Of a stretch of DNA of 60,000 nt, positions 13,364 to 28,108 are shown piece after piece. The notes beneath the pieces are model-generated. The model saw only the letters and a program-made list of their open reading frames with translations. It did no database searches and had not been told where the DNA came from. The DNA comes from Lytechinus pictus (Eukaryota). The stretch spans positions 3,288,001 to 3,348,000 of the forward strand of contig NC_087246.1 of the NCBI RefSeq assembly GCF_037042905.1, given 5' to 3'. Each line of letters starts with the position of its first letter. Position 1 is the first letter of the stretch. A program made the translations under genes and the position numbers.

Positions 13364-16300
13364 CCCCTCATGATACATGCAGGTGGGGCTAACTTGCCAT
13401 TTTATAGCGCCACCTATAGTACAGGGTTAAAGAAATTGCCTATGAGAAAAGGGCAAAATATAAATATTAAAAATAAATATAAGAAAGAGCTAACAATGCA
13501 GCAAAATGGAGAAACAATGAAACAGAAAAAGGGAGAAAACAAATATTAACAATAAGCCAATGAAGTATCAATATGAAAATCAGAGTTTTTATTCATCATA
13601 GCCAGTGTAAAGCATTTGGAATAAAATATGTTGTTGTGAAAATTCAATGAAGTTAGAGTGTCTGACCCATTTCTGACCTATTTTTCATATTTTGAGAGGC
13701 TTTTATGGAAGCAACAATAGAATAACGAACAATAGAAGAACCATCCTGAGCTGTATACTTGGCCAACTTGCAAAGAGTGGGTCATAATGTAGGAAGTGAT
13801 TTCAATTCCTCTGATTTGATACTGAAAAATAATTGAACTTGCATATGACATGATATATAGACAATATTCATCATTATATTCATAAGCTGATCCTTAAAAA
13901 TAATAAATATATTCCCTAATGTTAGTTTGAATGAATTCATTACCAACTGGAACTAAGTGGCCCATGAAAGACAAGCCCAAGAATTAGTCGTCAGGGCCCA
14001 ATCAGTCTTTTCCATAATTGAACCAGAGAATTCAATGGTGAAAATGACTATTACATCTTTAGATGTAAATTGATTTAAAAACTCAACCTTAGCATAAACA
14101 TCTATTGAGACTTTAAAGTCACGAAAAGGTGAGTGGACAAAAAACTAGGTCATAATTTTATTATTTGACCTTTGTCTTGGTTATTTTCAAATGAAGACCT
14201 ACTTTTTTATCCAACAATAGCATGTTATCATCCAGGTCTAATTCTTTCTCTCTGAAATGATAGATGGATGACACCAGCTGTATTATTCCCTCTACAGGTC
14301 CTTCTTGCATCAAATGCCATGAAATGGGAATTATGAATCACAAGGTTATAAGGTCAAATTCAAAGGTCATAACCATGCAGGGCGAACGAAGAAAGCAAAT
14401 CCAGAGTCTTTACCATCATTACATACTTCAGATTAGAATTCCAATAGTAAAGAAATGTTGATTGTTTCATACTGATTACAGAATCATACAAGGAAGTTTT
14501 TGATTGGGAAGTCTAAAATACCAGGTATTTTGCAAGCGTGAAAGCAAAGTTATTCCTGAAATATAATACTCACAAATTATTATGTACTTTATACAATTAA
14601 AAGAACTTTCACAAGGGAATCTCCAAGACTGACATAAGCATGACAGCATATAACAAATGCAAGGATGTGCAGCCTTTGCGTAGGAACGTAAGGTTCTTGT
14701 TTCTATCACTGGTTCACATTGGTGTGAATGCATGATTTATCAGGTCATAATTCTGAGGCCTGAAAGCATCTCATAGCAAGAGAGCACTTTGATAGTTGAA
14801 GTTTGGCTCAATTCAACAATGACAATCACCATAATCGGCTAGTAAAATGCCTGTTGCATGTAGGTATCTCATACAAACTGACATAAAGCAAAGTTATCCA
14901 GAATAATCAACAACATCATTCTTTCTGCTTGCCTGTGTGTAAACTTTGATGGATACCTTATTTAATAGTAATTTTTCAACAGGAGAAGGCCTACATGTAA
15001 ATTGATTACACTGTATTTCTTTATTACAAGAGTAGCAAAGATTTTATTTTGAAAACTCAAACAAAACACATTGTAGTACACTGCAGGCTATAATTATGGA
15101 TGAATACACTACATTCTGTGTTGATGAGGTAGTGATTTTGGTTTTGACAAGTCAGAATAATTCACTGAATATGACTTTATAACTTAGGACATATTAAGTT
15201 TTCTCTCCTCTTCCCTGGCCACCAACTGATGCACTGGGCAAACTGCTATCAAATATTGCACGCATCTATATAATACTTTGTCATTTTATGTAATGATTGA
15301 TAATGTTTTTGTAAGCTTGAACATGTTTTAAGTGCCGAATAAATAAGAGAGAAGCAAGAAAATAAGTTTAAACAAAAACACCACCTTTAGCTCAGTTATT
15401 CAAAAAAAAAAATCCCCTAAACATAATCCTGTAATATATGGAGGTTGAGGGCAATTTAGCCTTAGAAATTTCCAAAATAATCCCCATTAATAGGATTAGT
15501 AAAATACTACTGGGTTCCATACAAAAAATAATTTTAATGAAGAGGAGCAACATGTCTTTAATAGTTTTCTCTCTCTGTTAACAAATATATTTTTATGAGT
15601 GGATGAGCCAAAAATAGCAGCAGATGGCTTTAAACTGCACCTCTGGTATGTATCTTTTCAAGATTGATCCGTCTTCATTAGTCTGCATCTTGCAAATAAA
15701 AATAAAATCACTTCCCTTGCAGTCTATAGAAAGGTATTTTGGTACATTGCTTGGTTGCGGTGATCATAAAATGACCCCCCCCCCCTGACCCTTTCCATTA
15801 AATTTATTGTTAGGGTAACTGTTGCCATCCACATAATTACCATGGTAATGAAGCTCAACAGCCAATCAAAATCATGGATTCCATGAATTTAGCATTGAAT
15901 TGGATTCTATAGCATAGATACTGAAATTGTATCTTTTAAGCAAGGTAGTCATATTAAAGGAATGGTTTGAGTCCCCCCTGGAAAAAAATATAATAGTAAT
16001 AAATAAATAAAATAAAAAATAAACTAAAAACATGATAAAAAATAATAGTAAATAAATACATACATGAATGAATGAATAAATAAATAAATAAATAAAATAA
16101 AAATGTAGAATAAGAATTGAAAAAAAACCCCAGAAAATAGAGAAAATACCTTCTCCACAGTTTGTTTCCAAGGGCTAATAAGAACAACACACAGGAACCC
16201 TCTTATAATGACAGCCAGCCTTTGCATTCTTTTGAAGTGATATCACCTTTATCTCATAAATTTATGAGAATGTGGTTTTGTTTATCACCCCGTCAGGTCA

Positions 16301-16954
16301 TCTTGCCTTCCTAGGTCAACCAAGGTCAACCAAGTATTACTATCTGAGAGCTGAGAATCATGAATCAACTTCGGTTCAAGTACCTTCACACACTTGAAGT
16401 TTATGAATCAGTTTCTGCCTCAAATTTCACAAATGTGTGTGCAAAGTTCAGACTATACATGGATTACTTTCAAACATCCTGTGTTCACCCATTTCAAGTT
16501 TATGAATAAATTTCTTCTCATGTGTGGTCAGACACACAATTTTTAAAGTCATCTTCGGACTGCATGGGATTGTGTATGTTTCATAGTTTTATTACAAGAA
16601 AATCCAATCATGTACATACACATTACACATTTATTTATTCATTTATTTATTTGTTTATATATTTATTTATTTATTTATTCATTTGTTTAAAAATATATTT
16701 ATTTATTTATGTATTCGTTTATTTGTTTTCTTTAATTCAAACTGCAGGGTAGGCCTGTTCAGTTTAATATGCAAAACTGCTTTCCAAATGCACCCTGCAG
16801 TTTAACAAACAACTCAACATCAATAGCAATAGCAAATCAATGTATGTAACAAAATAATACAATCCAATAAACAATAAAATCCAAATTAATTTCTGCAAAA
16901 CAAGTTCATTATTCAAATTTTTCTCCCAAGTTAAGACATTTCATGAAGTTTGGT

Positions 16955-17540
16955 TCCTTTAAACCTTTGGAACAAGATAGCTTGTGTGAAAACAGAAAAA
17001 TCAAAGAAACAGATCAACGAAAGTTTGAGAAAAATCGGACAAGTAATGAGAAAGTTATGAGCATTTGAATATTGTGATCACTAATGCTATGGATATCCTC
17101 AAATTGGCAATGCGACAAAGATGTGTGATGTCACTTGTGAACAACTCTCCCCATTACTTTAGTATATATTTTATTCAAATTGCCTCTTTTATCACATCTA
17201 TCAGTAGATCATGTGTTCTTTCTATAGGAGGGCATGTAATACAGATTTTTAAAGAATACATCATGGATAAAGAGTTTGTATCACCACACGAAAAAGCAGA
17301 AAGAGACATTTTGGGGGTATTTTAAAGTCCATCTTAGGGAAAGTTGTTCACATGTGACATCAAACATCCTTGTCGCATTGCCAATGGGAGGATCTCCATG
17401 GCATTAGTGATTGCAATATTCAAATGCTCATAACTTTCTCATTATTTGTCCGATTTTTCTCAAACTTTATTTGTTTTTATTCTTTGATTTTTCTGTTCCA
17501 ACACAAGTATACTTATTCCAAAGGTTTCATTCCCCTTTAA
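16955..17540. mobile_element. Kolobok-like palindromic MITE (second family, left end degenerate)
   Basis: Long inverted arms (AAGTTATGAGCATTTGAATATTG / CAATATTCAAATGCTCATAACTT) and right end GGTTTCATTCCCCTTTAA. Homologous to 22399-22991. Confidence 0.7.
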
Positions 17541-20386
17541 GCTCAAAGGTATTCAAATACTTCAAGTTCAATCACTAATTTTTGCTTCATTGCGTTTGAA
17601 TAGTTAAAACCAAGATGGTTGTCAATAAAAATATCTGCAGACGGGCTTAAAATTGTTCTCTTTCTTCTAATAACAATGTAATTTAATTGAAATTGATATT
17701 TTAAAAGCCCAAGTACTGTAACTCTCTACACCAACAGCCTCCACCCCCCCCCCCCTCAATGGTATTTCATTTATGATAGCCCAGGATAAACGTAATCTCA
17801 CATTGAGCTTTTTTTTTCATTTGCCAAAATATATAATGCATATTAAAATTGTTCCTAACTTCCTAACAATACTGTATGTAGTTCATAAATCATCTTCAAA
17901 GTAAATCCTGATAAAATTGTACACTACATAAATCCCAGCAGAAGATGGCGCTATTCAGTATTCATATCAGGGGGGTGAAACTCCGCTTCTGCATCCGGTC
18001 AGAATTGGGGAAAATTTTGGAGGGTCAAAAGTGCACACTGCTCCCATTTTTCGTATACAAGCCTATGGACACCGCCACTGTTTTGGTACACCAGCGAAAT
18101 GAAGGCATGGTCATGGAACGTCCTTCGCGCATAGCGTAAAAATATGTAAATTATTATTTTGTCACTAATTTGCATAATGCGCGACCTGATTTAATATCGT
18201 TGGTGTCTGTGATTACATCATGTCATATCATTCGTTTTTTTCCTCCTCAGAGTTTTATTATTCATCTATTTTAATGATCTATTTGTTATTGCCTGTTACG
18301 ATTAGTACTGCATCTTTGCTATGTTTAAGCTGCAAATGGCAAGGGTCTTTGCTAGAAAATATTACAGAGGAGGTTCCCAAAGAAAATGTTGCCATAGGCC
18401 TATACGATGACATCTCTTTATGTTTTTGGAGCCCTTTTTTCTTTTTATTGCAGAAAACAAAATGAACTTTTTTTTCATAATATAAACAAAGATAATAACA
18501 AATCAAATTCTTCTCCATAATTGTAGTCTCCAATATAAGTCCTATTATAAATAGCAGTCCTCGGAGCACTTAATTTTAAATGGCGACTTCTATGTCAAGC
18601 ATCAATAATCATGACCTAGGTATATACCATATTTTAGGGGGGAGGGGGTTCTCAAAATCAAATAGGCAAGAGAGCAACCGATCGTAGGCTATAGGGTATT
18701 TCTTTTTTTATTTTCAACTGAAAATGAATCTGGTGTAATTTTCATATGGAAAGAAAAAATACATTTTATATGTAGGTTTCAAAAATTTGGAGAAATAATT
18801 AGCCCCCCCCCCCCCCCCGTTACCCGTCATGAACAGTAAGGTCTTATAATTGCTTCTTTCAAAACAAACGGAACTTTCACCCCCCCCATCTCTCTCTCTT
18901 TCTGTCTGTCTCTCTCTCAGAAACTGACATAACTATATGCATACAAGCAAATAATTCTCCTGTCATTTTACTTTCTTTCCCACTCTTATCCTTATTTCTC
19001 TTGAATAATATTTAAATTGACTGCTGTTTGATCTCATGTAACAGTGGCACCATCACATTTCAGTACAGTGCAACATCTTGTGCCATTTGTGCATAACTTA
19101 AACAGCTCAGAAGCAATATATCATCACACTTAATTGATAAATGAAATTTACCAAGATCAAAAAATTCAATTCAAAATTAAAATGTTTATTATATAAGGAA
19201 TCCATTTTCTAAAACATTGACATTAACATAAAAATAATGATTAGCGTCTACCAAGCATTAAATTGTATTTTAAAAAATAAAGGCAATGCATAGCTAAAAA
19301 GGGCTGTTACTGGGTAGGGGTAGTATGGGGTGGGTATATAAATGTACAAAAATAGGATTAAGTACATTTTTCTACATTGTACAATGTTTGTTAAAATTTC
19401 ATTCAAAGGATCTCGATGAGCCTATAGTTAATATTCCATAAAAGAGCATAAAAATCTTTGATGTTCGTTTATTTTCTTCCACAAAACTTTGTCACTCAAA
19501 AAAATTGGTAAATTCCTTTCAAATTTGCTGACAAGAAAAAGTCTACTGATGTGAAAGCACTCCTCATAAGGGGGGGGGGGGTACACAATGCCAGAATCTA
19601 CCTAAAGAGTGCCTTCCCCAATCAATACATTAGCGAATCATTAACAAAATTTGATTTGTCTACTGTCACTGTGGTTAGAATTCAATCTATTTTTGAAATA
19701 TAGTCTACTTATATATTATTGCAGTGGTAACCCATTTCACATTTTTTTAAAATGAAGATAACAATAAATGCAACTTAATAACCCTACATAATTAATGAAG
19801 ACTTGCAGTGGCGTACCGTGGGTCACGGCATGGGGGGGGGGGGCACCAGCAAAAATTTTGAGACCGTTTCATATCTCTTCTTGGCACTTATGTTGTGATA
19901 CCAGTACTTAAACAGCTTGGGAAGTGGGAAACCTGCATGGTAAAAAAGAGAAAAGAACAAAATAAGCTGTAAATTATTTTTACTCATCTAGTCGTTTATT
20001 AAAAAAAAAGATGTAAACTCTATTTTATATCTTCAGTGATAAAACAAGTTTAGCACATGCAGTCACTTTCGTCCCACATCCAGATAAATTCATATATCAA
20101 TATATCTACAGTATGTTTTGAAAATAAAGAGTGCAAATTAATGATTCAAATATTTATCAGAATTTTGTGATAACTGTTAATATCTTGTTTTTTATATGCA
20201 AATGCATGTATAGACAGGAGATATGGATAATTAGTATGCAGTGTTAAAAATGGAAATACTGGTAAATCTGAATTCAAACAAATATTAAATCACAATGGAA
20301 CTTTAACATTACATGATCGCATCATGTTTCAGCACAATTGGCCATAGCCCACCCCCTCCCAAAAAAGGGGGAATATTTATTTATCT

Positions 20387-20417
<31 letters not shown>

Positions 20418-22398
20418 GGGGGGGGGGGGGTGATGAGCTTTGTTACAGCCTGTATATTATCAAAACAGTAAGCATACCTTGCAATTTTTCCATTCAGATA
20501 TCCTGTTCCTCATTAGATTGTAACGAACACTTGCTGATCGGCATGGTTCTCAATTTTGTACTTCTGACTAGGTGTGAACTGCTAAGAACTTGGTCCCATT
20601 GGATCTGCAATTGACAATTTAAATTTGAGAGTTTTAGAGATAAATAAAATTACTCTTCTTAAACAATATTTTTGAAATTTCCAGCTGCCCATATCCCAGG
20701 TCTATGTATGAATATTTCAAACAAGAACAAAAAAGTTATCTGGACCCGAAACTTCATTCTCTATCACATAGAGGCATAGGCCTACCTCACTCTGTTTAAG
20801 TAAAATGATTCCAACCACATATTTCTACAGCTGTATATAGCTGAATCTGGATCTGGTCTATGCTGGGCCTGTATAACTTAAGAATCACATCACATTTGAA
20901 TGAAGTAAACACTAAGAACGTTTTCAAATGACCACCCCAGGCCGGGCCCAGGGTATCCTGTTCGAATAGACTTGATTTAGGTCTAGGGTAGGCTACGCCA
21001 TTTCATTCAAATCTAAGACTAAGTAGGCCTAACACTTAACATAACACAACAGACATTAATGCTAAGTCAATCGTATTTCAACACTGATTATTCTGAAGTA
21101 AAACGTTCCTGCATAAAAGAAACTGCTGAGAATTATACTTATTCATATGAAGATGAAATAGCGGGGACGGACTAGGCCTAAACTTCAACTTTCAAGCTTG
21201 AACTTTGGCCCTAGTCCGTCCCCGCTATTTTCATACCCCATGACTACATCGACAATCTCGCTAGCCGGCCAGCACCGGCGATATCAAAGGCTGGATCCCG
21301 CTCTGACCATATCCCTACATTGACCTAAATTTGAATAGGCCTAAAATCGACAGTTTGTCGTTACTAAAAAACAGGAGGTCGGAAACAAGTCCACATCTAC
21401 CCCTGATAATTGTCTAATCACAATAAAACTGAAATACAGGTTTACTTTGGACCTACATGAAGCATTCCAATGAATGTCTAGATCTACGACAAACTATATA
21501 CCCCTAGATATAGTATTTTTGAGAAACTCAATGATCACACTTATTTGGAAGTCAGGCAAAAGAAATATTGAAAATTACGGTAATACAGGATGAGCCCCGA
21601 ACCCCGGCAAGCACATTACAATTTGCAAGTGAGATCAAAACATGAAAATGAGCGTAACTTACTTTTATTCCTATGGAATGTCATTAGAATAGTATTGATG
21701 TTCCCTCCAAGATTTTCTGCTCCAATGAAGTTCACTCAGAAACCATGATTTCGAACATCAATTCTATAAACAGATAATTAGTCTAGCTATTTCGTTTCAG
21801 AAACTTGAAATTCGCAGAGTCCAAAAGAACGATACTACGCACATATATCGTAGGGAATTGTGGGACGGAAAAAAATGTTTAATGCATGAGTACATGAATA
21901 AAACATTAGCGTTTTATCCAATCATACAAGTGCATTATGCGTATTTTGACGTCATTCTCATGAATGAAACATTGACCCTCCAAAATCAACCTTCAAATTG
22001 TCCGCCGGCAGCCATGTTGGCTATGTACAAAACCTATGGGAAATAAAAACGCGCGGAAGAGTTCCCTCTCTAGCTCCCTTCGGGAGCTTACGTATACGTA
22101 AGATCGTATCTCTGTGATTCATATACAATAACATCCTAAAGACAGAGTAGATGGTTTTCAGTTTGGCTGCTCTCCCTTCACATTTTTTTTGTTTTGTTTT
22201 TGTGTGTTTTATATATAAAATCTTTATTCAGATTGTTGTACACTTTCTAAGTATAAACATAGAGACTTAATTTTTTGTATTGTCTTACAAAATATGGAGA
22301 TATATACATGTATATATATATTTTTATCATGCGATAGCCTATTCATATCTTTATTAAACAAATTATTTTATATATCAATTTTATTATCTGCTGAGAAC

Positions 22399-22991
22399 TT
22401 AAAGGAGAATGAAACTCTTGGAGCAAGTTAGCTGTTGTGAAAGCAGAAAAATCAAAGAATAAGATCAACAAAAGTTTGAGTAAAATAGGACTAGCAATAG
22501 AAGAGTTATGAGCATTTGAATGTCGAGATCACTAATGCTATGGAGATCCTCCTTTTGGCAATGCGACCAAGATCTATGATGTCACAGATGAACAACTCTC
22601 TCCTTTTGGACACTGAAAATATACCCCAAAACATCTCTTTTTGCTCATTCTAATCATATGACAAAATGATTCATCAATGATATAATGTTGTGAAACCTCT
22701 GTATTTGTCCTCTCATAAAGAGAACACCTCACCTTGTGATAGACTCTATAAAAGTGAGAATATAAGTGGAATAAGTACTAAAGTAATGAGGGAGTTGTAC
22801 GTGTGTGACATCACAGATCTTGGTCGCATTGCCAATGGGAGGATCTACATGGCATTAGTGATCTCGACATTCAAATGCTCATAACTTTCTTATTATTCAT
22901 TCAATCTTCCTCAAACTTTCAACAATATGTTTCTTTGATTTTTCTCTTTGATATGGATTCAGCTGGTTTCAAGGGTTTCATTCTCCTTTAA
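22399..22991. mobile_element. Kolobok-like palindromic MITE
   Basis: TTAA-AGGAGAATGAAAC ... GTTTCATTCTCCT-TTAA, giving a TTAA TSD, RR..YY termini and ~200-bp inverted arms. Confidence 0.85.
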
Positions 22992-24699
22992 GAAGAAGTC
23001 TTTATGTTTGGATTTTTTCATCATACAATACCGCATTATTATACAGTAAATACAAATGAAATTAGCTGTTTTTGTTTGTATTATTGGATTATGATAATCT
23101 TTTTTCAAGAATGAATATCACAATGTATATTTCATTTGTTATATTGCTGTATACATTTACTTCACTTTATTTTGTATATTTTATTTATTACCCTTGTATG
23201 TATGAAAAATGTGATATTATCCGAATAAAGGCTAAAAAGCATTTTAAAAACCAAACGTGGATATTTCTTTTTTTCTAGTACCATTTCACAAGTTATATGA
23301 AGACATTCATTTGACATTACCTCCTCTCTATATTTTTTTAAATGAACTATTTCATATAGATTGATATCTGTTCGTAACTTATATTTTGGTATACCCCCAT
23401 GCACATACTTTACATCATACGAAAAAATACAAATAATATTGCTTTCTGTTTGTTTTTATAAGTTATGATAATATTTATCCATAATTGTATGAAAAATTAA
23501 GTCATGATGAACATTCTTTTCCTTCATTTGTTATACTAATGTAAAACTTCAGTTTGTGTAGGTACTTTATGTGATATGTATGAGAAAAATTATTCTAGTT
23601 AAGGCTAAAAAGCAATAAAAAGAGGGAAGAGTTACATTTAAAACCCCCAAAAGGGTACATGTAGGCCTAACAAATGCATAAAAAATTGTATTTTGATGAA
23701 AATCAAAATATTGATACTATAAAGGGTGATAAAGAATCATGTATGCAGATGAGAGATTCAAATATGTCACAAACTCAATAGTTATTTTGTATTTTATTCA
23801 AAATAATTGAAAATATCTTCAAAAGTTCAAAGAGGAGTCTAAATTAAAGTAAAATAAATATTGAATGAATCACAATGACATCAGCTCATGCCTTCTGTGT
23901 TGTGCATATTCATGCTTTTTCAATTTTTTTGTTGTTGCTTTTAAAAAAAAATCTGATTTCATGAATTTTTCAGGATTATGCTTGCTTTTTATATTTCTAT
24001 TTTTTCATTAAGCTCAGCTTGATGTTGGGTGAACATGTTCTCAAGCATTAATGGAATGTGTGTCCAAAATCTATACAAGAAATGTGTGCATTTGAAAATT
24101 GGCTGGGGTTCAGAAATTCCTTGAATACTCAAAACAATATTGATAATTGGTCGCGTGTCATAAGGTGGTCCAATTTCGCGAACAGTGTAAAAATGGTCAA
24201 AAAGTATTTTATGTTGTAGGTATTACCATTCTTCAAATACGGTAATGTAGGAGGATTTAAACATAGCTTTCTTAACACCTTCAGTGTCATTTGCCATTTA
24301 ACGAAAGTTCGTTGATCTTTTGACATTTCCGGTCATAACTTCTTTACGGGAGGTCACGAGTATATGATTATGTACACTTTTTTGTTCAAAACAAAACAAA
24401 CAATTTTATGTATGACTCTACACAATCAGGGCAATTTAAAAAATGGACCCCTAACATGATCAAGATGACCATAAGAAATTTGTCACCAAGTTGAAACTTG
24501 TTCCTTGTGATATCCCCAATCACATAAAAGTGAAAAATCAGACTTAGTCAATTTGTCGAAGTAGCCGGTAAATCATGACATATGCTGCCTGACTAGCAGT
24601 AGGCCTTTTCATTAAACGGGACTTCATTAAGTTTCACGAACATGATGTATTGTACCTCTATTATTAAAGTTTGGTGTAGTGTGAGGGGAAAGAGAAGAG

Positions 24700-25372
24700 C
24701 AATAATTAGGGTTTAGCCTACCATGGCAAGTAATAGATTTCTAGGGGTATGACACTGATCCCAATGTTTCTCCTCTTGTGGGGTGTATTAGAGGGTAAGG
24801 TGTATATCAATGTGGGGGGGGGGAGGAGGAACAGTATTGAAGATTAAGCTTTAATACCATGGCAAGTAATAGAATTCTAGGGGTATGATATTGATCCCAA
24901 TGTTTCTCCTCTTCTGGGGTGTATACATGGTAAGGTCGGTGGGGGGGGGGGGGCAGTAATAAAGTTTAGCTTACCATGGCAAGTAATAGATTCCTAGGAG
25001 TGTGAATCTCTCTCCTCTTGTGGGTTGTATAGATGGTAAGGTCGGTGAGGGGAACAGTAATAAAGTTTAGCTTACCATGGCAATTAATAGATTCCAAGGA
25101 GTGTGGTACTGATCCAAACCTCTCTCCACTTGTGGGGTATATAGATGGTAAGTTCGGTGGGGGGAACAGTAATAAAGTTTAGCTTACCCGGTAATATGGC
25201 AAGTAATAGATTCCTAGGAGTGTGGTACTGATCCAAATCTCTCTCCTCTTGTGGGGTGTATAGATGGTAAGGTCGGTGGGGGGGGGGGGGGAAACAGTAT
25301 TAAAGATTTAGCTTACCATTGCAAGTAATAGATTCCTAGGAGTGTGATACTGGTCCCAATCTCTCTCCTCTG
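24700..25372 (+). repeat. Minisatellite, about 6 copies of a 100-135-bp unit
   Basis: (CC)ATGGCAAGTAATAGATT recurs at ~24721, 24857, 24975, 25075, 25195 and 25316, with a variable poly-G tract in each unit. Confidence 0.9.
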
Positions 25373-26368
25373 CAAACTTGTGTACCTTGGCTCTCCTGTA
25401 AAAATAAACAAAGTAAACCAAAACACTTCTAAAATAGATTACATCCATATTGCTTTAAAAATGAAGTTACATGAATTTGGGAAAGGTGGAAAGTAACACC
25501 ATGAATTTCAAAATCATTTCATGTCTCAAAAAAGAATTCTTTGATTGCTTCTCTTTTCTATTTCCCATTTTCTTTACCTTTCTTTCTAAGAAATTAGAAC
25601 TTCCATTTTCTTTTCTTCCCCTTTTTCTATTTTCTTCTCCTTTCTCTTCCTTTATCTCTTCTTCTTCAAGCTACACTGCCTAATTCAATCCTGAAGATTA
25701 TTGTGGTACTGTAGTTTCAGGGACCAGCAGGTGCAATATAAACTGTTGAACTAATTGTTATCAAATGCATTCACAAAATGGCGAATGCGCAAGACCCATG
25801 GGCAATTATTTGGGTTTGTGATCGCCATTTTGGATTCGGCGGTGTATTAATAGGTGTGGGGTACTGTGAACCGGCTTCAGATCACTGATTTGAGACCTTA
25901 CAAGAAAGGGCAAGGAGTCTGTGTCCGATAGTAAGTTTAGTCACTGTAGAGTAAGCTGAGTGTATGTTTTGGTCATATGTTGCCTTTGTTACCATAAAGT
26001 GCCACAATTTGTCACTGGTTTTGAGTGAGTAAAAAGGAGTATTTGTCTCGTTAAAATTGGGACCCTAAACAGGAAACGCGTAGTGTTAGGGCAAAAAGTA
26101 CACAATGTATTTTAGTCTTTTTATACCTTCACAAATTATACCATAAACACATAGGCCTAGTTTTCCCAGCAAATGGATCCTTTTTTATGTTTTTATCACT
26201 CTTAATTTTAATTAGATATTTTATACTTTATTAAAGAAATGCAGTTTATATATCACAAATTATATTTAAACTAGGGTAAAAATTTTGATTAAATATCTGT
26301 GGATTTTGTACAATGGTGCATGAAAGTCCGACTACTCTGTCTCTGGCAGTTTTTTTGGGGGCCATCTT

Positions 26369-27063
26369 CCGGGGGGGGGGGCACTCAGTATATAATGCAT
26401 AGTGGGTATGTGCCGCGGAGGGGACCCCCATTTTTACACTAAAATTTCCATTCCAAGGCATACCATTTTTGTCTTATTGAGAAAAAGAACAAAGAAAGCC
26501 ACTCCAAAGCATTGCATTTTCTTCTTATCGAGGAAAAAGAAAAAAGAAATCTGCTTCAAACTATAAAGCTTCGCATATTTTCCGTTACGCCGTTCCGGCC
26601 ATATTGATCTGCTACAATGAGCTGCAATTTTGGTGAAAAGCGGCCGCAAAGCGCTGTCCGACCATCGCCTCAGCTGCGCTAGCGCACCCAGCGCCCTTGC
26701 CGCCGGGCTAGCTGCATGCACGTTAGACCAAAAGCTTCGGTCTCTGTTATGTTGGTTGTTCAGCTGAACTCCGTTGGCTTCAGATCACCAAATACAGATT
26801 CAAAAATTCAAAAAAATCAAAAAAACTCCTCGAAACAGACGGCTGCCAGCTGTCTACATGCACGTATGCCCGTTCCGGAATACACACTCACGCGCAGGCG
26901 ACCCGTTCCAAGGAACCCGTTTTCACAAACATTTGTAGTTCCGAAGCCCGTTCCGAGGACCCTCCTTTTTACAATAAGCCCACTCCAACTAAGGCCCCCG
27001 CTTTCTGTCTCGCCCGCGGCACAGACCTACTACTTTCTTGGTCGAGTACCCCCCACCCCCCGG
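26369..27063. mobile_element. Non-autonomous DNA transposon with CCGGGG termini
   Basis: CCGGGGGGGGGGGCACTC ... GAGTACCCCCCACCCCCCGG flanked by the direct repeat (G)CCATCTT (7-8-bp TSD). GC-rich interior with CCCGTTCC repeats. Confidence 0.75.
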
Positions 27064-27588
27064 CCATCTTATATTATGCGGTCTGCAAGTGCATTAAATG
27101 CCAATGGACATCCATTTTAAATTTACATAACGGGACAACTCAGGCTCAGCTCAGCCTCAGACTCAGAAATGATTTGATCGCTCAAAATAAACCAAATTTA
27201 AGAAATACTTACAAATCTTCAAGAGAAGTGTGCGAGCTGAATTTGAATTCAGGATGATCTTCGCCGCTTGGATTCTGATCATCTTGAGAGGACATTGTGT
27301 TTAAATGATTTAAAACAACAACAATATAGGCCTATCAGCAGCTGACTGACCGAAGTTCAAAGACTAGACGTTACACGTGTAAAGTTGTTTATTGTGCAGT
27401 ATTTAGTCGTAGATGGCGATTGACTGATATTCTGCGCAGAGAAAGATGGCTCTGATTCCTTCAAGTCTGAGGGTGAAGAAAAGCGCACATTATTATCATG
27501 ATTATTATCATCATTATTGTTGTCATTATAATCATTATTATCACTATCATCATCATCAACATCATCATCATTCATCATCATCATTATA

Positions 27589-28108
27589 TTAAAGGTCAAG
27601 TCCACCCCGTAAAATGGTAATTTCAATGAATAGAGAAAAATCAAACAAGGCATAACACTGCACTGAAAATTTCATCAAAATCGGATGTAAAATAAGAAAG
27701 TTACAACAATCTTAAGTTTCGCTTATTGTTTGAATTCTACAATATTTAATTTTTTGCAGATTTGACAATAACGACCAACTTGACAGAACCATCAAATGTT
27801 AAAACAATGGTAATACCACATGTTTAGGGAAGAATAAAACTTTGTTTCATAGGAAAACAGGGAGAAAATTTGAATATTTCATATAATAAAAAAGCAAAGA
27901 AATAGTGAGTGGGTGATGTCATCAGTCCCCTCATTTGCATACCGACCAGGAAATGCACATAACTATTTTGTGAAATGAAGCAAAACTTTAAAATGTCATA
28001 ACTTTCTTATTTTGCATCCGATCATTGATTAAATTTTCAGTGTTATGCCTGTTGGATTTTTTCCTTTTATTCCAGTCAACTTTTTGTTGGGATGGACTTG
28101 TCCTTTAA
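27589..28108. mobile_element. Kolobok-like MITE
   Basis: TTAA-AGGTCAAGTCCAC ... TGGACTTGTCCT-TTAA. Confidence 0.85.

Noticed and set aside
15872..18569. Short hydrophobic ORFs in the ORF track
   Set aside because: They derive from (ATTT)n/(AAAT)n tracts and MITE interiors, with no domain or splice support.
20596..20609. 14-bp identity (CCATTGGATCTGCA) with the transposase exon-2 acceptor at 40860-40873
   Set aside because: No similarity extends beyond it; probably chance plus splice-site bias.
24700..25372. CRISPR-like array
   Set aside because: The whole unit is repeated with no unique spacers, the context is eukaryotic, and there are no cas genes.
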